Positions 51,401-64,000 of a DNA stretch of 64,000 bases are shown here, one piece after another. Made by a program: the position numbers and the translations under genes. Numbering within the stretch: the first letter of the stretch is position 1; every line of letters starts with the position of its first letter. Source of the stretch: Lingula anatina. Lineage: Eukaryota > Animalia > Brachiopoda. The stretch covers positions 17,732,001 to 17,796,000 of the forward strand of contig CM120645.1 of the NCBI GenBank assembly GCA_051362555.1, read 5' to 3'. Under the pieces are notes generated by a model that worked only from the letters and a program-made list of their open reading frames with translations, had not been told where the DNA came from and did no database searches.

Positions 51401-54400
51401 GTCACTTTACATGTTAATATTTATTTTGACCACTGTTTATGTCAGTTTTTTTATGTTGATGTTTGTATTTATTGTGAGCACTGTGTATGTCAGTTTAGTT
51501 ACTCTATTTGTTTGTAATCATAACCATTACTCTGCATGATGGTGTTGTCACTTTATGTCTATGTGTCTGTTTTTGTATATATTGTGATGACTGTGTATGA
51601 CTTTGTTTTCTGTCTTTTTCCTTGTGTTCATTCCTATTATGGTGAACATTACTGCTGTCACTGTACATGTGGATTTTTTTTGTAATCACTGTGTATGACT
51701 GTGTTTTGACTGTGTATGTTTTTATTTATTTTGATTACTGTGCATGTTTTTGTTGTCACTGTTCGTGTTTGTATTTATTGTGAGCACTGTGTATGTCAGT
51801 TTTGTCACTCTATTTGTTTGTAATCATTACCATTACTCTGCATGATGGCATTGTCACTGTATGTCTATCTATCTGTTTATATTCTGTTTGCTGTGTCTAT
51901 TCTGTATTGTTACTGAATGTGTTTGTATTTATTGTGAGCACTGTGTATGTCAGTTTTGTCACTCTATTTGTTTGTAGTCATACTGATTACTATGCATTTT
52001 AATGTTGGCACTGTTTGTGTTTATATTTATTGTCAACAATGTGGATGTTAGTTTTGTCAGTTTATTTATTTTTAGTCATTATTTTAACTGTGCATGTTGG
52101 TGTTGTCTTCGCGTCTGTTTATACTCTGTAAGCTGTTTCCATTCTGTATTGTCATTGAATGTGTTTGTATATATATTGTGATCACTGTGTATGACTGTGT
52201 AATCACCCGATTAATTTGTGTTTATTCTTGTTACTATGCATGGTTGTGTGGTCACTGTACATGTTAAAATTTATTCTGATCACTGTGTATGTCTGTATTG
52301 TGACTGTGTTTGTATGTATTCATTTTAAATATTGTGCACGTTACTACTGTCACTTTACATGTTAATATTTATTTTGACCACTGTTTATGTCAGTTTTTTT
52401 ATGTTGATGTTTGTATTTATTGTGAGCACTGTGTATGTCAGCTTAGTTACTCTATTTGTTTGTAATCATTACTATTACTCTGCATGATGGTGTTGTCACT
52501 GTACGTCTATGTGTCTGTTTATACTCTGATAACTGATTCCATTCTGTATTGTCATTGAATGTGTTTTTATATATATTATGATCACTGTGTATGACTGTGT
52601 AATCACCCGATTAATTTGTGTTTATTCTTGTTTCTATGCATGGTTGTGTGGTCACTGTACATGTTAAAATTTATTCTGATCTCTGTGTATGTCTGTATTG
52701 TGACTGTGTTTGTATTTATTCATTTTAAATATTGTGCACGTTACTACTGTCACTTTACATGTTAATATTTATTTTGACCACTGTTTATGTCAGTTTTTTT
52801 ATGTTGATGTTTGTATTTATTGTGAGCACTGTGTATGTCAGTTTAGTTACTCTATTTGTTTGTAATCATAACCATTACTCTGCATGATGGTGTTGTCACT
52901 TTATGTCTATGTGTCTGTTTTTGTATATATTGTGATGACTGTGTATGACTTTGTTTTCTGTCTTTTTCCTTGTGTTCATTCCTATTATGGTGAACATTAC
53001 TGCTGTCACTGTACATGTGGATTTTTTTTGTAATCACTGTGTATGACTGTGTTTTGACTGTGTATGTTTTTATTTATTTTGATTACTGTGCATGTTTTTG
53101 TTGTCACTGTTCGTGTTTGTATTTATTGTGAGCACTGTGTATGTCAGTTTTGTCACTCTATTTGTTTGTAATCATTACCATTACTCTGCATGATGGCATT
53201 GTCACTGTATGTCTATCTATCTGTTTATATTCTGTTTGCTGTGTCTATTCTGTATTGTTACTGAATGTGTTTGTATTTATTGTGAGCACTGTGTATGTCA
53301 GTTTTGTCACTCTATTTGTTTGTAGTCATACTGATTACTATGCATTTTAATGTTGGCACTGTTTGTGTTTATATTTATTGTCAACAATGTGGATGTTAGT
53401 TTTGTCAGTTTATTTATTTTTAGTCATTATTTTAACTGTGCATGTTGGTGTTGTCTTCGCGTCTGTTTATACTCTGTAAGCTGTTTCCATTCTGTATTGT
53501 CATTGAATGTGTTTGTATATATATTGTGATCACTGTGTATGACTGTGTAATCACCCGATTAATTTGTGTTTATTCTTGTTACTATGCATGGTTGTGTGGT
53601 CACTGTACATGTTAAAATTTATTCTGATCACTGTGTATGTCTGTATTGTGACTGTGTTTGTATGTATTCATTTTAAATATTGTGCACGTTACTACTGTCA
53701 CTTTACATGTTAATATTTATTTTGATCACTGTTTATGTCAGTTTGTCACTCTATTCGTTTGTAATCATTACTATTACTGTGCATGATGGTTCTGTCGCTG
53801 TATGTCTATCTGTCTGTTTATATTCTGTTTCCTGTGTCTATTCTGTATTGTTACTGAATGTGCTTGTATATATATTAAGATGACTGTGTATGGGTATGTT
53901 TTCTTTCTTTTTTTCTTGTGTTCATTTTCTTTAGGATGAATGTTACTGTTGTCACTGTACACGCCAAAATTTATTCTGATCACTGTGTATGACTGTATTG
54001 TGACTGTGTTTCTTTGTATTTATTTTCATTACTGTGTTTGTTGGTTTTGTTACTGTTGATGTTTGTATATATTGTGAGCACTGTGTATGTCAGTTTTGTT
54101 ACTCCATTTGTTTGTAATCATAACTATTACTCTGCATGATGATGTTGTCACTGTTTGTCTATGTGTCTGTTTATATGCTGTTTGCTGTGTCTAATCTGTA
54201 TTGTTACTGAATTTTTTTGTATATGTTGTGATGACTGTGTACGACTTAGTTTTCACTCTTTTTCTTTATGTTCATTCTCATTATGGTAAACGTTATTGTT
54301 GTCACTGTAGATGTCAAACTTTTTCTAATCACTGTGTATGTCTGTATTTTGACTGTGCTTGTTTTTATTTATTTTGATTACTGGGCATGTTTGTGTTGTC

Positions 54401-55700
54401 ACTGTTCGTGTTTGTATTTATTGTGAGCACTGTGTATGTCAGCTTTGTCACTCTATTTGTTTGTAATCTTAACTATTGCTGTGCATGATTGTATTGTCAC
54501 TGTATCCCTTTGTGTTTGTTTATCTTATGTATCTTTATGTGTCTGTTTATATTCTGTCTCCTGTGTCTATTCTGTATTGTTACTGAATGTGTTCATATAT
54601 ATTGTGATGACTTTTTACGGCTATGTTTTCAATCTTTTTCCTTGTGTTTATTTTCATTACGGTGAATGCTACTGTTGTCACTGTACATGTGAAATTTTTT
54701 TCTAATCACTGTGTATGTCTGTATTATGACTGTGTTTGTTTGTATTTATTTTGATTACTGTGTATGTTTGTGTTGTCACTGTTCGTGTTTGTATTTATTG
54801 TGAGCACTGTGTATATCAGTTTTGTCACTCTATTTGTTTGTAGTCATTCTGATTACTGTGCATTTTAGTGTTGGCACTTTTTGTGTTTAAATTTATTGTA
54901 AACAATGTGGATGTCAGTTTTGTCAGTTAATTTATTTCTAGTTATTATTTTAACTGTGCATGTTTTGTTGTCACCGTCATCATAGTTTGTGTCTGTTGTC
55001 TGATGACTGTTTCTATTATGTATTGTCATTGAATGTGTTTGTATATATATATATAGTGATCACTGTGTAATCACCCGATTAATTTGTGTTTATTCTTGTT
55101 ACTGTGCATGGTTTTGTTGTCACTGTACATGTGAAATTTATACTTATCACTGTGTATATCTGTATTGTGACTGTGTTTGTTTGTATTAATTTTGATTATT
55201 GTGCACGTTACTATTGTCACTGTACATGTTAATATTTATTTTGACAACTGTTTATATTCCTGTGCATGATGGTGTTGTCACTGTATGTTTATGTGTCTGT
55301 TTATATTCTATTTGCTGTGTCTATTCTGTATTGTTATTGAATGTGTTTGTACATATCGAGATGACTGCGTACGACTTCTGTTGTCAACTGTACATGCGGA
55401 ATTTTTTCACTCTTTTTCATTGTGTTTATTCTCATTACGATGAATGTTACTGACTGTTGTCACTGTACATGTGTAAATTTTTTCTAATCACTGTGTATGT
55501 CTGTTTTGTGACTGTGTTTGTTTGTATTGATTTTGCTAACTGTCTTTGTTGGTGTTGTTACTGTTGATGTTTTTATTTATTGTGAGCACTTTGTATGTCA
55601 GTTTTGCTACTCTATTTGTTTGTAATCATTAGTATTACTGTGCATGATGGTGCTATCACTGTATGTCTATCTTCTATTATGTATTGTCATTGAATGTGTT

Positions 55701-55765
<65 letters not shown>

Positions 55766-58700
55766 CACTGTGTAATCACCCGATTAATTTGTGTTTATTC
55801 TTGTTACTGTGCATGGTTTTGTTGTCACTGTACATGTGAAATTTATACTTATCACTGTGTATATCTGTATTGTGACTGTGTTTGTTTGTATTAATTTTGA
55901 TTATTGTGCACGTTACTATTGTCTCTGTACATGTTAATATTTATTTTGACAACTGTTTATATTCCTGTGCATGATGGTGTTGTCACTGTATGTTTATGTG
56001 TCTGTTTATATTCTATTTGCTGTGTCTATTCTGTATTGTTACTGAATGAGTTTGTACATATCGAGATGACTGCGTACGACTTTGTTTTCACTCTTTTACC
56101 TTGTGTTCATTGTCATTATGGTGAACGTTTCTGTTATCAACTGTACATGCGAAATTTTTTCACTCTTTTTCATTGTGTTTATGCTCATTACGGTGAATGT
56201 TACTGACTGTTGTCACTGTACATGTGTAAATTTTTTCTAATCACTGTGTATGTCTGTTTTTTGACTGTGTATGTTTTTATTTATTTTGATTACTGTGCAT
56301 GTTTTTGTTGTCACTGTTCGTGTTTGTATTTATTGTGAGCACTGTGTATGTCAGTTTTGTCACTCTATTTGTTTGTAGTCATACTGATTACTATGCATTT
56401 TAATGTTGGCACTGTTTGTGTTTATATTTATTGTCAACAATGTGGATGTTAGTTTTGTCAGTTTATTTATTTTTAGTCATTATTTTAACTGTGCATGTTG
56501 GTGTTGTCTTCGCGTCTGTTTATACTCTGTAAGCTGTTTCCATTCTGTATTGTCATTGAATGTGTTTGTATATATATTGTGATCACTGTGTATGACTGTG
56601 TAATCACCCGATTAATTTGTGTTTATTCTTGTTACTATGCATGGTTGTGTGGTCACTGTACATGTTAAAATTTATTCTGATCATTGTGTATGTCTGTATT
56701 GTGACTGTGTTTGTATGTATTCATTTTAAATATTGTGCACGTTACTACTGTCACTTTACATGTTAATATTTATTTTGACCACTGTTTATGTCAGTTTTTT
56801 TATGTTGATGTTTGTATTTATTGTGAGCACTTTGTATGTCAGCTTAGTTACTCTATTTGTTTGTAATCATTACTATTACTCTGCATGATGGTGTTGTCAC
56901 TGTACGTCTATGTGTCTGTTTATACTCTGATAACTGATTCCATTCTGTATTGTCATTGAATGTGTTTTTATATATATTATGATCACTGTGTATGACTGTG
57001 TAATCACCCGATTAATTTGTGTTTATTCTTGTTACTATGCATGGTTGTGTGGTCACTGTACATGTTAAAATTTATTCTGATCTCTGTGTATGTCTGTATT
57101 GTGACTGTGTTTGTATTTATTCATTTTAAATATTGTGCACGTTACTACTGTCACTTTACATGTTAATATTTATTTTGACCACTGTTTATGTCAGTTTTTT
57201 TATGTTGATGTTTGTATTTATTGTGAGCACTGTGTATGTCAGTTTAGTTACTCTATTTGTTTGTAATCATAACCATTACTCTGCATGATGGTGTTGTCAC
57301 TTTATGTCTATGTGTCTGTTTTTGTATATATTGTGATGACTGTGTATGACTTTGTTTTCTGTCTTTTTCCTTGTGTTCATTCCTATTATGGTGAACATTA
57401 CTGCTGTCACTGTTCATGTGAATTTTTTTTGTAATCACTGTGTATGACTGTGTTTTGACTGTGTATGTTTTTATTTATTTTGATTACTGTGCATGTTTTT
57501 GTTGTCACTGTTCGTGTTTGTATTTATTGTGAGCACTGTGTATGTCAGTTTTGTCACTCTATTTGTTTGTAGTCATACTGATTACTATGCATTTTAATGT
57601 TGGCACTGTTTGTGTTTATATTTATTGTCAACAATGTGCACGTGGATGTTAGTTTTGTCAGTTTATTTATTTTTAGTCATTATTTTAACTGTGCATGTTG
57701 GTGTTGTCTTCGCGTCTGTTTATACTCTGTAAGCTGTTTCCATTCTGTATTGTCATTGAATGTGTTTGTATATATATTGTGATCACTGTGTATGACTGTG
57801 TAATCACCCGATTAATTTGTGTTTATTCTTGTTACTATGCATGGTTGTGTGGTCACTGTACATGTTAAAATTTATTCTGATCACTGTGTATGTCTGTATT
57901 GTGACTGTGTTTGTATGTATTCATTTTAAATATTGTGCACGTTACTACTGTCACTTTACATGTTAATATTTATTTTGACCACTGTTTATGTCAGTTTTTT
58001 TATGTTGATGTTTGTATTTATTGTGAGCACTGTGTATGTCAGTTTAGTTACTCTATTTGTTTGTAATCATTACTATTACTCTGCATGATGGTGTTGTCAC
58101 TGTACGTCTATGCGTCTGTTTATACTCTGATAACTGATTCCATTCTGTATTGTCATTGAATGTGTTTTTATATATATTATGATCACTGTGTATGACTGTG
58201 TAATCACCCGATTAATTTGTGTTTATTCTTGTTACTATGCATGGTTGTGTGGTCACTGTACATGTTAAAATTTATTCTGATCTCTGTGTATGTCTGTATT
58301 GTGACTGTGTTTGTATTTATTCATTTTAAATATTGTGCACGTTACTACTGTCACTTTACATGTTAATATTTATTTTGACCACTGTTTATGTCAGTTTTTT
58401 TATGTTGATGTTTGTATTTATTGTGAGCACTGTGTATGTCAGTTTAGTTACTCTATTTGTTTGTAATCATAACCATTACTCTGCATGATGGTGTTGTCAC
58501 TTTATGTCTATGTGTCTGTTTTTGTATATATTGTGATGACTGTGTATGACTTTGTTTTCTGTCTTTTTCCTTGTGTTCATTCCTATTATGGTGAACATTA
58601 CTGCTGTCACTGTACATGTGAATTTTTTTTGTAATCACTGTGTATGACTGTGTTTTGACTGTGTATGTTTTTATTTATTTTGATTACTGGGCATGTTTGT

Positions 58701-61700
58701 GTTGTCACTGTTCGTGTTTGTATTTATTGTGAGCACTGTGTATGTCAGCTTTGTCACTCTATTTGTTTGTAATCTTAACTATTGCTGTGCATGATTGTAT
58801 TGTCACTGTATCCCTTTGTGTTTGTTTATCTTATGTATCTTTATGTGTCTGTTTATATTCTGTCTCCTGTGTCTATTCTGTATTGTTACTGAATGTGTTC
58901 ATATATATTGTGATGACTTTTTACGGCTATGTTTTCAATCTTTTTCCTTGTGTTTATTTTCATTACGGTGAATGCTACTGTTGTCACTGTACATGTGAAA
59001 TTTTTTTCTAATCACTGTGTATGTCTGTATTATGACTGTGTTTGTTTGTATTTATTTTGATTACTGTGTATGTTTGTGTTGTCACTGTTCGTGTTTGTAT
59101 TTATTGTGAGCACTGTGTATATCAGTTTTGTCACTCTATTTGTTTGTAGTCATTCTGATTACTGTGCATTTTAGTGTTGGCACTTTTTGTGTTTAAATTT
59201 ATTGTAAACAATGTGGATGTCAGTTTTGTCAGTTAATTTATTTCTAGTTATTATTTTAACTGTGCATGTTTTGTTGTCACCGTCATCATAGTTTGTGTCT
59301 GTTTATACTCTGATGACTGTTTCTATTATGTATTGTCATTGAATGTGTTTGTATATATATATATAGTGATCACTGTGTAATCACCCGATTAATTTGTGTT
59401 TATTCTTGTTACTGTGCATGGTTTTGTTGTCACTGTACATGTGAAATTTATACTTATCACTGTGTATATCTGTATTGTGACTGTGTTTGTTTGTATTAAT
59501 TTTGATTATTGTGCATGTTACTATTGTCACTGTACATGTTAATATTTATTTTGACAACTGTTTATATTCCTGTGCATGATGGTGTTGTCACTGTATGTTT
59601 ATGTGTCTGTTTATATTCTGTTTGCTGTGTCTATTCTGTATTGTTATTGAATGTGTTTGTACATATCGAGATGACTGCGTACGACTTCTGTTGTATTACG
59701 ATGAATGTTACTGACTGTTGTCACTGTACATGTGAAAAATTTTTCTAATCACTGTGTATGTCTGTTTTGTGACTGTGTTTGTTTGTATTGATTTTGCTAA
59801 CTGTCTTTGTTGGTGTTGTTACTGTTGATGTTTTTATGTATTGTGAGCACTTTGTATGTCAGTTTTGCTACTCTATTTGTTTGTAATCATTAGTATTACT
59901 GTGCATGATGGTGCTATCACTGTATGTCTATCTTCTATTATGTATTGTCATTGAATGTGTTTGTATATATATATATATAGTGATCACTGTGTAATCACCC
60001 GATTAATTTGTGTTTATTCTTGTTACTGTGCATGGTTTTGTTGTCACTGTACATGTGAAATTTATACTTATCACTGTGTATATCTGTATTGTGACTGTGT
60101 TTGTTTGTATTAATTTTGATTATTGTGCACGTTACTATTGTCTCTGTACATGTTAATATTTATTTTGACAACTGTTTATATTCCTGTGCATGATGGTGTT
60201 GTCACTGTATGTTTATGTGTCTGTTTATATTCTATTTGCTGTGTCTATTCTGTATTGTTACTGATTGAGTTTGTACATATCGAGATGACTGCGTACGACT
60301 TTGTTTTCACTCTTTTACCTTGTGTTCATTGTCATTATGGTGAACGTTTCTGTTGTCAACTGTACATGCGAAATTTTTTCACTCATTTTCATTGTGTTTA
60401 TGCTCATTACCTTGAATGTTACTGACTGTTGTCACTGTACATGTGAAAATTTTTTCTAATCACTGTGTATGTCTGTTTTTTGACTGTGTATGTTTTTATT
60501 TATTTTGATTACTGTGCATGTTTTTGTTGTCACTGTTCGTGTTTGTATTTATTGTGAGCACTGTGTATGTCAGTTTTGTCACTCTATTTGTTTGTAATCA
60601 TTACCATTACTCTGCATGATGGCATTGTCACTGTATGTCTATCTATCTGTTTATATTCTGTTTGCTGTGTCTATTCTGTATTGTTACTGAATGTGTTTGT
60701 ATTTATTGTGAGCAATGTGTATGTCAGTTTTGTCACTCTATTTGTTTGTAGTCATACTGATTACTATGCATTTTAATGTTGGCACTGTTTGTGTTTATAT
60801 TTATTGTCAACAATGTGGATGTTAGTTTTGTCAGTTTATTTATTTTTAGTCATTATTTTAACTGTGCATGTTGGTGTTGTCTTCGCGTCTGTTTATACTC
60901 TGTAAGCTGTTTCCATTCTGTATTGTCATTGAATGTGTTTGTATATATATTGTGATCACTGTGTATGACTGTGTAATCACCCGATTAATTTGTGTTTATT
61001 CTTGTTACTATGCATGGTTGTGTGGTCACTGTACATGTTAAAATTTATTCTGATCACTGTGTATGTCTGTATTGTGACTGTGTTTGTATGTATTCATTTT
61101 AAATATTGTGCACGTTACTACTGTCACTTTACATGTTAATATTTATTTTGACCACTGTTTATGTCAGTTTTTTTATGTTGATGTTTGTATTTATTGTGAG
61201 CACTTTGTATGTCAGCTTAGTTACTCTATTTGTTTGTAATCATTACTATTACTCTGCATGATGGTGTTGTCACTGTACGTCTATGTGTCTGTTTATACTC
61301 TGATAACTGATTCCATTCTGTATTGTCATTGAATGTGTTTTTATATATATTATGATCACTGTGTATGACTGTGTAATCACCCGATTAATTTGTGTTTATT
61401 CTTGTTACTATGCATGGTTGTGTGGTCACTGTACATGTTAAAATTTATTCTGATCTCTGTGTATGTCTGTATTGTGACTGTGTTTGTATTTATTCATTTT
61501 AAATATTGTGCACGTTACTACTGTCACTTTACATGTTAATATTTATTTTGACCACTGTTTATGTCAGTTTTTTTATGTTGATGTTTGTATTTATTGTGAG
61601 CACTGTGTATGTCAGTTTAGTTACTCTATTTGTTTGTAATCATAACCATTACTCTGCATGATGGTGTTGTCACTTTATGTCTATGTGTCTGTTTTTGTAT

Positions 61701-64000
61701 ATATTGTGATGACTGTGTATGACTTTGTTTTCTGTCTTTTTCCTTGTGTTCATTCCTATTATGGTGAACATTACTGCTGTCACTGTTCATGTGAATTTTT
61801 TTTGTAATCACTGTGTATGACTGTGTTTTGACTGTGTATGTTTTTATTTATTTTGATTACTGTGCATGTTTTTGTTGTCACTGTTCGTGTTTGTATTTAT
61901 TGTGAGCACTGTGTATGTCAGTTTTGTCACTCTATTTGTTTGTAGTCATACTGATTACTATGCATTTTAATGTTGGCACTGTTTGTGTTTATATTTATTG
62001 TCAACAATGTGCACGTGGATGTTAGTTTTGTCAGTTTATTTATTTTTAGTCATTATTTTAACTGTGCATGTTGGTGTTGTCTTCGCGTCTGTTTATACTC
62101 TGTAAGCTGTTTCCATTCTGTATTGTCATTGAATGTGTTTGTATATATATTGTGATCACTGTGTATGACTGTGTAATCACCCGATTAATTTGTGTTTATT
62201 CTTGTTACTATGCATGGTTGTGTGGTCACTGTACATGTTAAAATTTATTCTGATCACTGTGTATGTCTGTATTGTGACTGTGTTTGTATGTATTCATTTT
62301 AAATATTGTGCACGTTACTACTGTCACTTTACATGTTAATATTTATTTTGACCACTGTTTATGTCAGTTTTTTTATGTTGATGTTTGTATTTATTGTGAG
62401 CACTGTGTATGTCAGTTTAGTTACTCTATTTGTTTGTAATCATTACTATTACTCTGCATGATGGTGTTGTCACTGTACGTCTATGCGTCTGTTTATACTC
62501 TGATAACTGATTCCATTCTGTATTGTCATTGAATGTGTTTTTATATATATTATGATCACTGTGTATGACTGTGTAATCACCCGATTAATTTGTGTTTATT
62601 CTTGTTACTATGCATGGTTGTGTGGTCACTGTACATGTTAAAATTTATTCTGATCTCTGTGTATGTCTGTATTGTGACTGTGTTTGTATTTATTCATTTT
62701 AAATATTGTGCACGTTACTACTGTCACTTTACATGTTAATATTTATTTTGACCACTGTTTATGTCAGTTTTTTTATGTTGATGTTTGTATTTATTGTGAG
62801 CACTGTGTATGTCAGTTTAGTTACTCTATTTGTTTGTAATCATAACCATTACTCTGCATGATGGTGTTGTCACTTTATGTCTATGTGTCTGTTTTTGTAT
62901 ATATTGTGATGACTGTGTATGACTTTGTTTTCTGTCTTTTTCCTTGTGTTCATTCCTATTATGGTGAACATTACTGCTGTCACTGTACATGTGAATTTTT
63001 TTTGTAATCACTGTGTATGACTGTGTTTTGACTGTGTATGTTTTTATTTATTTTGATTACTGGGCATGTTTGTGTTGTCACTGTTCGTGTTTGTATTTAT
63101 TGTGAGCACTGTGTATGTCAGCTTTGTCACTCTATTTGTTTGTAATCTTAACTATTGCTGTGCATGATTGTATTGTCACTGTATCCCTTTGTGTTTGTTT
63201 ATCTTATGTATCTTTATGTGTCTGTTTATATTCTGTCTCCTGTGTCTATTCTGTATTGTTACTGAATGTGTTCATATATATTGTGATGACTTTTTACGGC
63301 TATGTTTTCAATCTTTTTCCTTGTGTTTATTTTCATTACGGTGAATGCTACTGTTGTCACTGTACATGTGAAATTTTTTTCTAATCACTGTGTATGTCTG
63401 TATTATGACTGTGTTTGTTTGTATTTATTTTGATTACTGTGTATGTTTGTGTTGTCACTGTTCGTGTTTGTATTTATTGTGAGCACTGTGTATATCAGTT
63501 TTGTCACTCTATTTGTTTGTAGTCATTCTGATTACTGTGCATTTTAGTGTTGGCACTTTTTGTGTTTAAATTTATTGTAAACAATGTGGATGTCAGTTTT
63601 GTCAGTTAATTTATTTCTAGTTATTATTTTAACTGTGCATGTTTTGTTGTCACCGTCATCATAGTTTGTGTCTGTTTATACTCTGATGACTGTTTCTATT
63701 ATGTATTGTCATTGAATGTGTTTGTATATATATATATAGTGATCACTGTGTAATCACCCGATTAATTTGTGTTTATTCTTGTTACTGTGCATGGTTTTGT
63801 TGTCACTGTACATGTGAAATTTATACTTATCACTGTGTATATCTGTATTGTGACTGTGTTTGTTTGTATTAATTTTGATTATTGTGCATGTTACTATTGT
63901 CACTGTACATGTTAATATTTATTTTGACAACTGTTTATATTCCTGTGCATGATGGTGTTGTCACTGTATGTTTATGTGTCTGTTTATATTCTGTTTGCTG
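41703..64000. repeat. large ~49-bp-monomer satellite with hierarchical higher-order repeats; inversion at ~42360; runs off the window
   Basis: Example monomer CACTGTGTATGTCTGTATTGTGACTGTGTTTGTTTGTATTTATTTTGAT (49 bp), grouped in ~350-bp units. Recurring ORF offsets are 948, 1200, 1348, 4373, 4776-4778 and ~10255 bp. Confidence 0.95.

Noticed and set aside
41677-63384. Dozens of Cys/Val/Leu/Tyr-rich 60-110 aa ORFs recurring identically
   Set aside because: They are translations of the GT-rich satellite. They overlap in several frames and their recurrence only reflects higher-order repeats.
29970-64000. A true antigen-receptor (V/D/J) locus
   Set aside because: No Ig-domain V or J segments lie next to the heptamers, I saw no 23-RSS, and the signals are tandem satellite monomers.

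Overview
AT-rich, repeat-dominated eukaryotic DNA, most likely from a marine invertebrate (inferred from the Penelope-like, RTE, Tc1 and HINE-like repeat content). I found no intact host protein-coding gene, tRNA, rRNA or CRISPR array. Recognisable coding relics are two inverted copies of a decayed Tc1/mariner transposase element (~7.7-9.05 kb and ~33.8-35.4 kb), a Penelope-like GIY-YIG fragment (~24.9-25.5 kb) and an RTE-clade LINE 3' end with a target-site duplication (40.6-40.95 kb). A ~194-bp tandem array (10.8-23.6 kb) is split by a ~5.2-kb Helentron-associated (HINE-like) element. A ~49-bp-monomer satellite with multi-level higher-order repeats fills 30-32.3 kb, 35.4-36.25 kb and 41.7-64 kb, and is interrupted by a 5.4-kb TIR element with an 8-bp TSD. 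The most striking observation is that this satellite monomer reads as a V(D)J-type 12-RSS (CACAGTG-N12-ACAAACACN), and its arrays are arranged as inverted arms with heptamers pointing outward. Other items worth checking are a hammerhead-like motif inside (TA)n, a four-copy ~75-bp fold-back motif, an exon-like spacer amplified in the 194-bp array, and nested MITEs.
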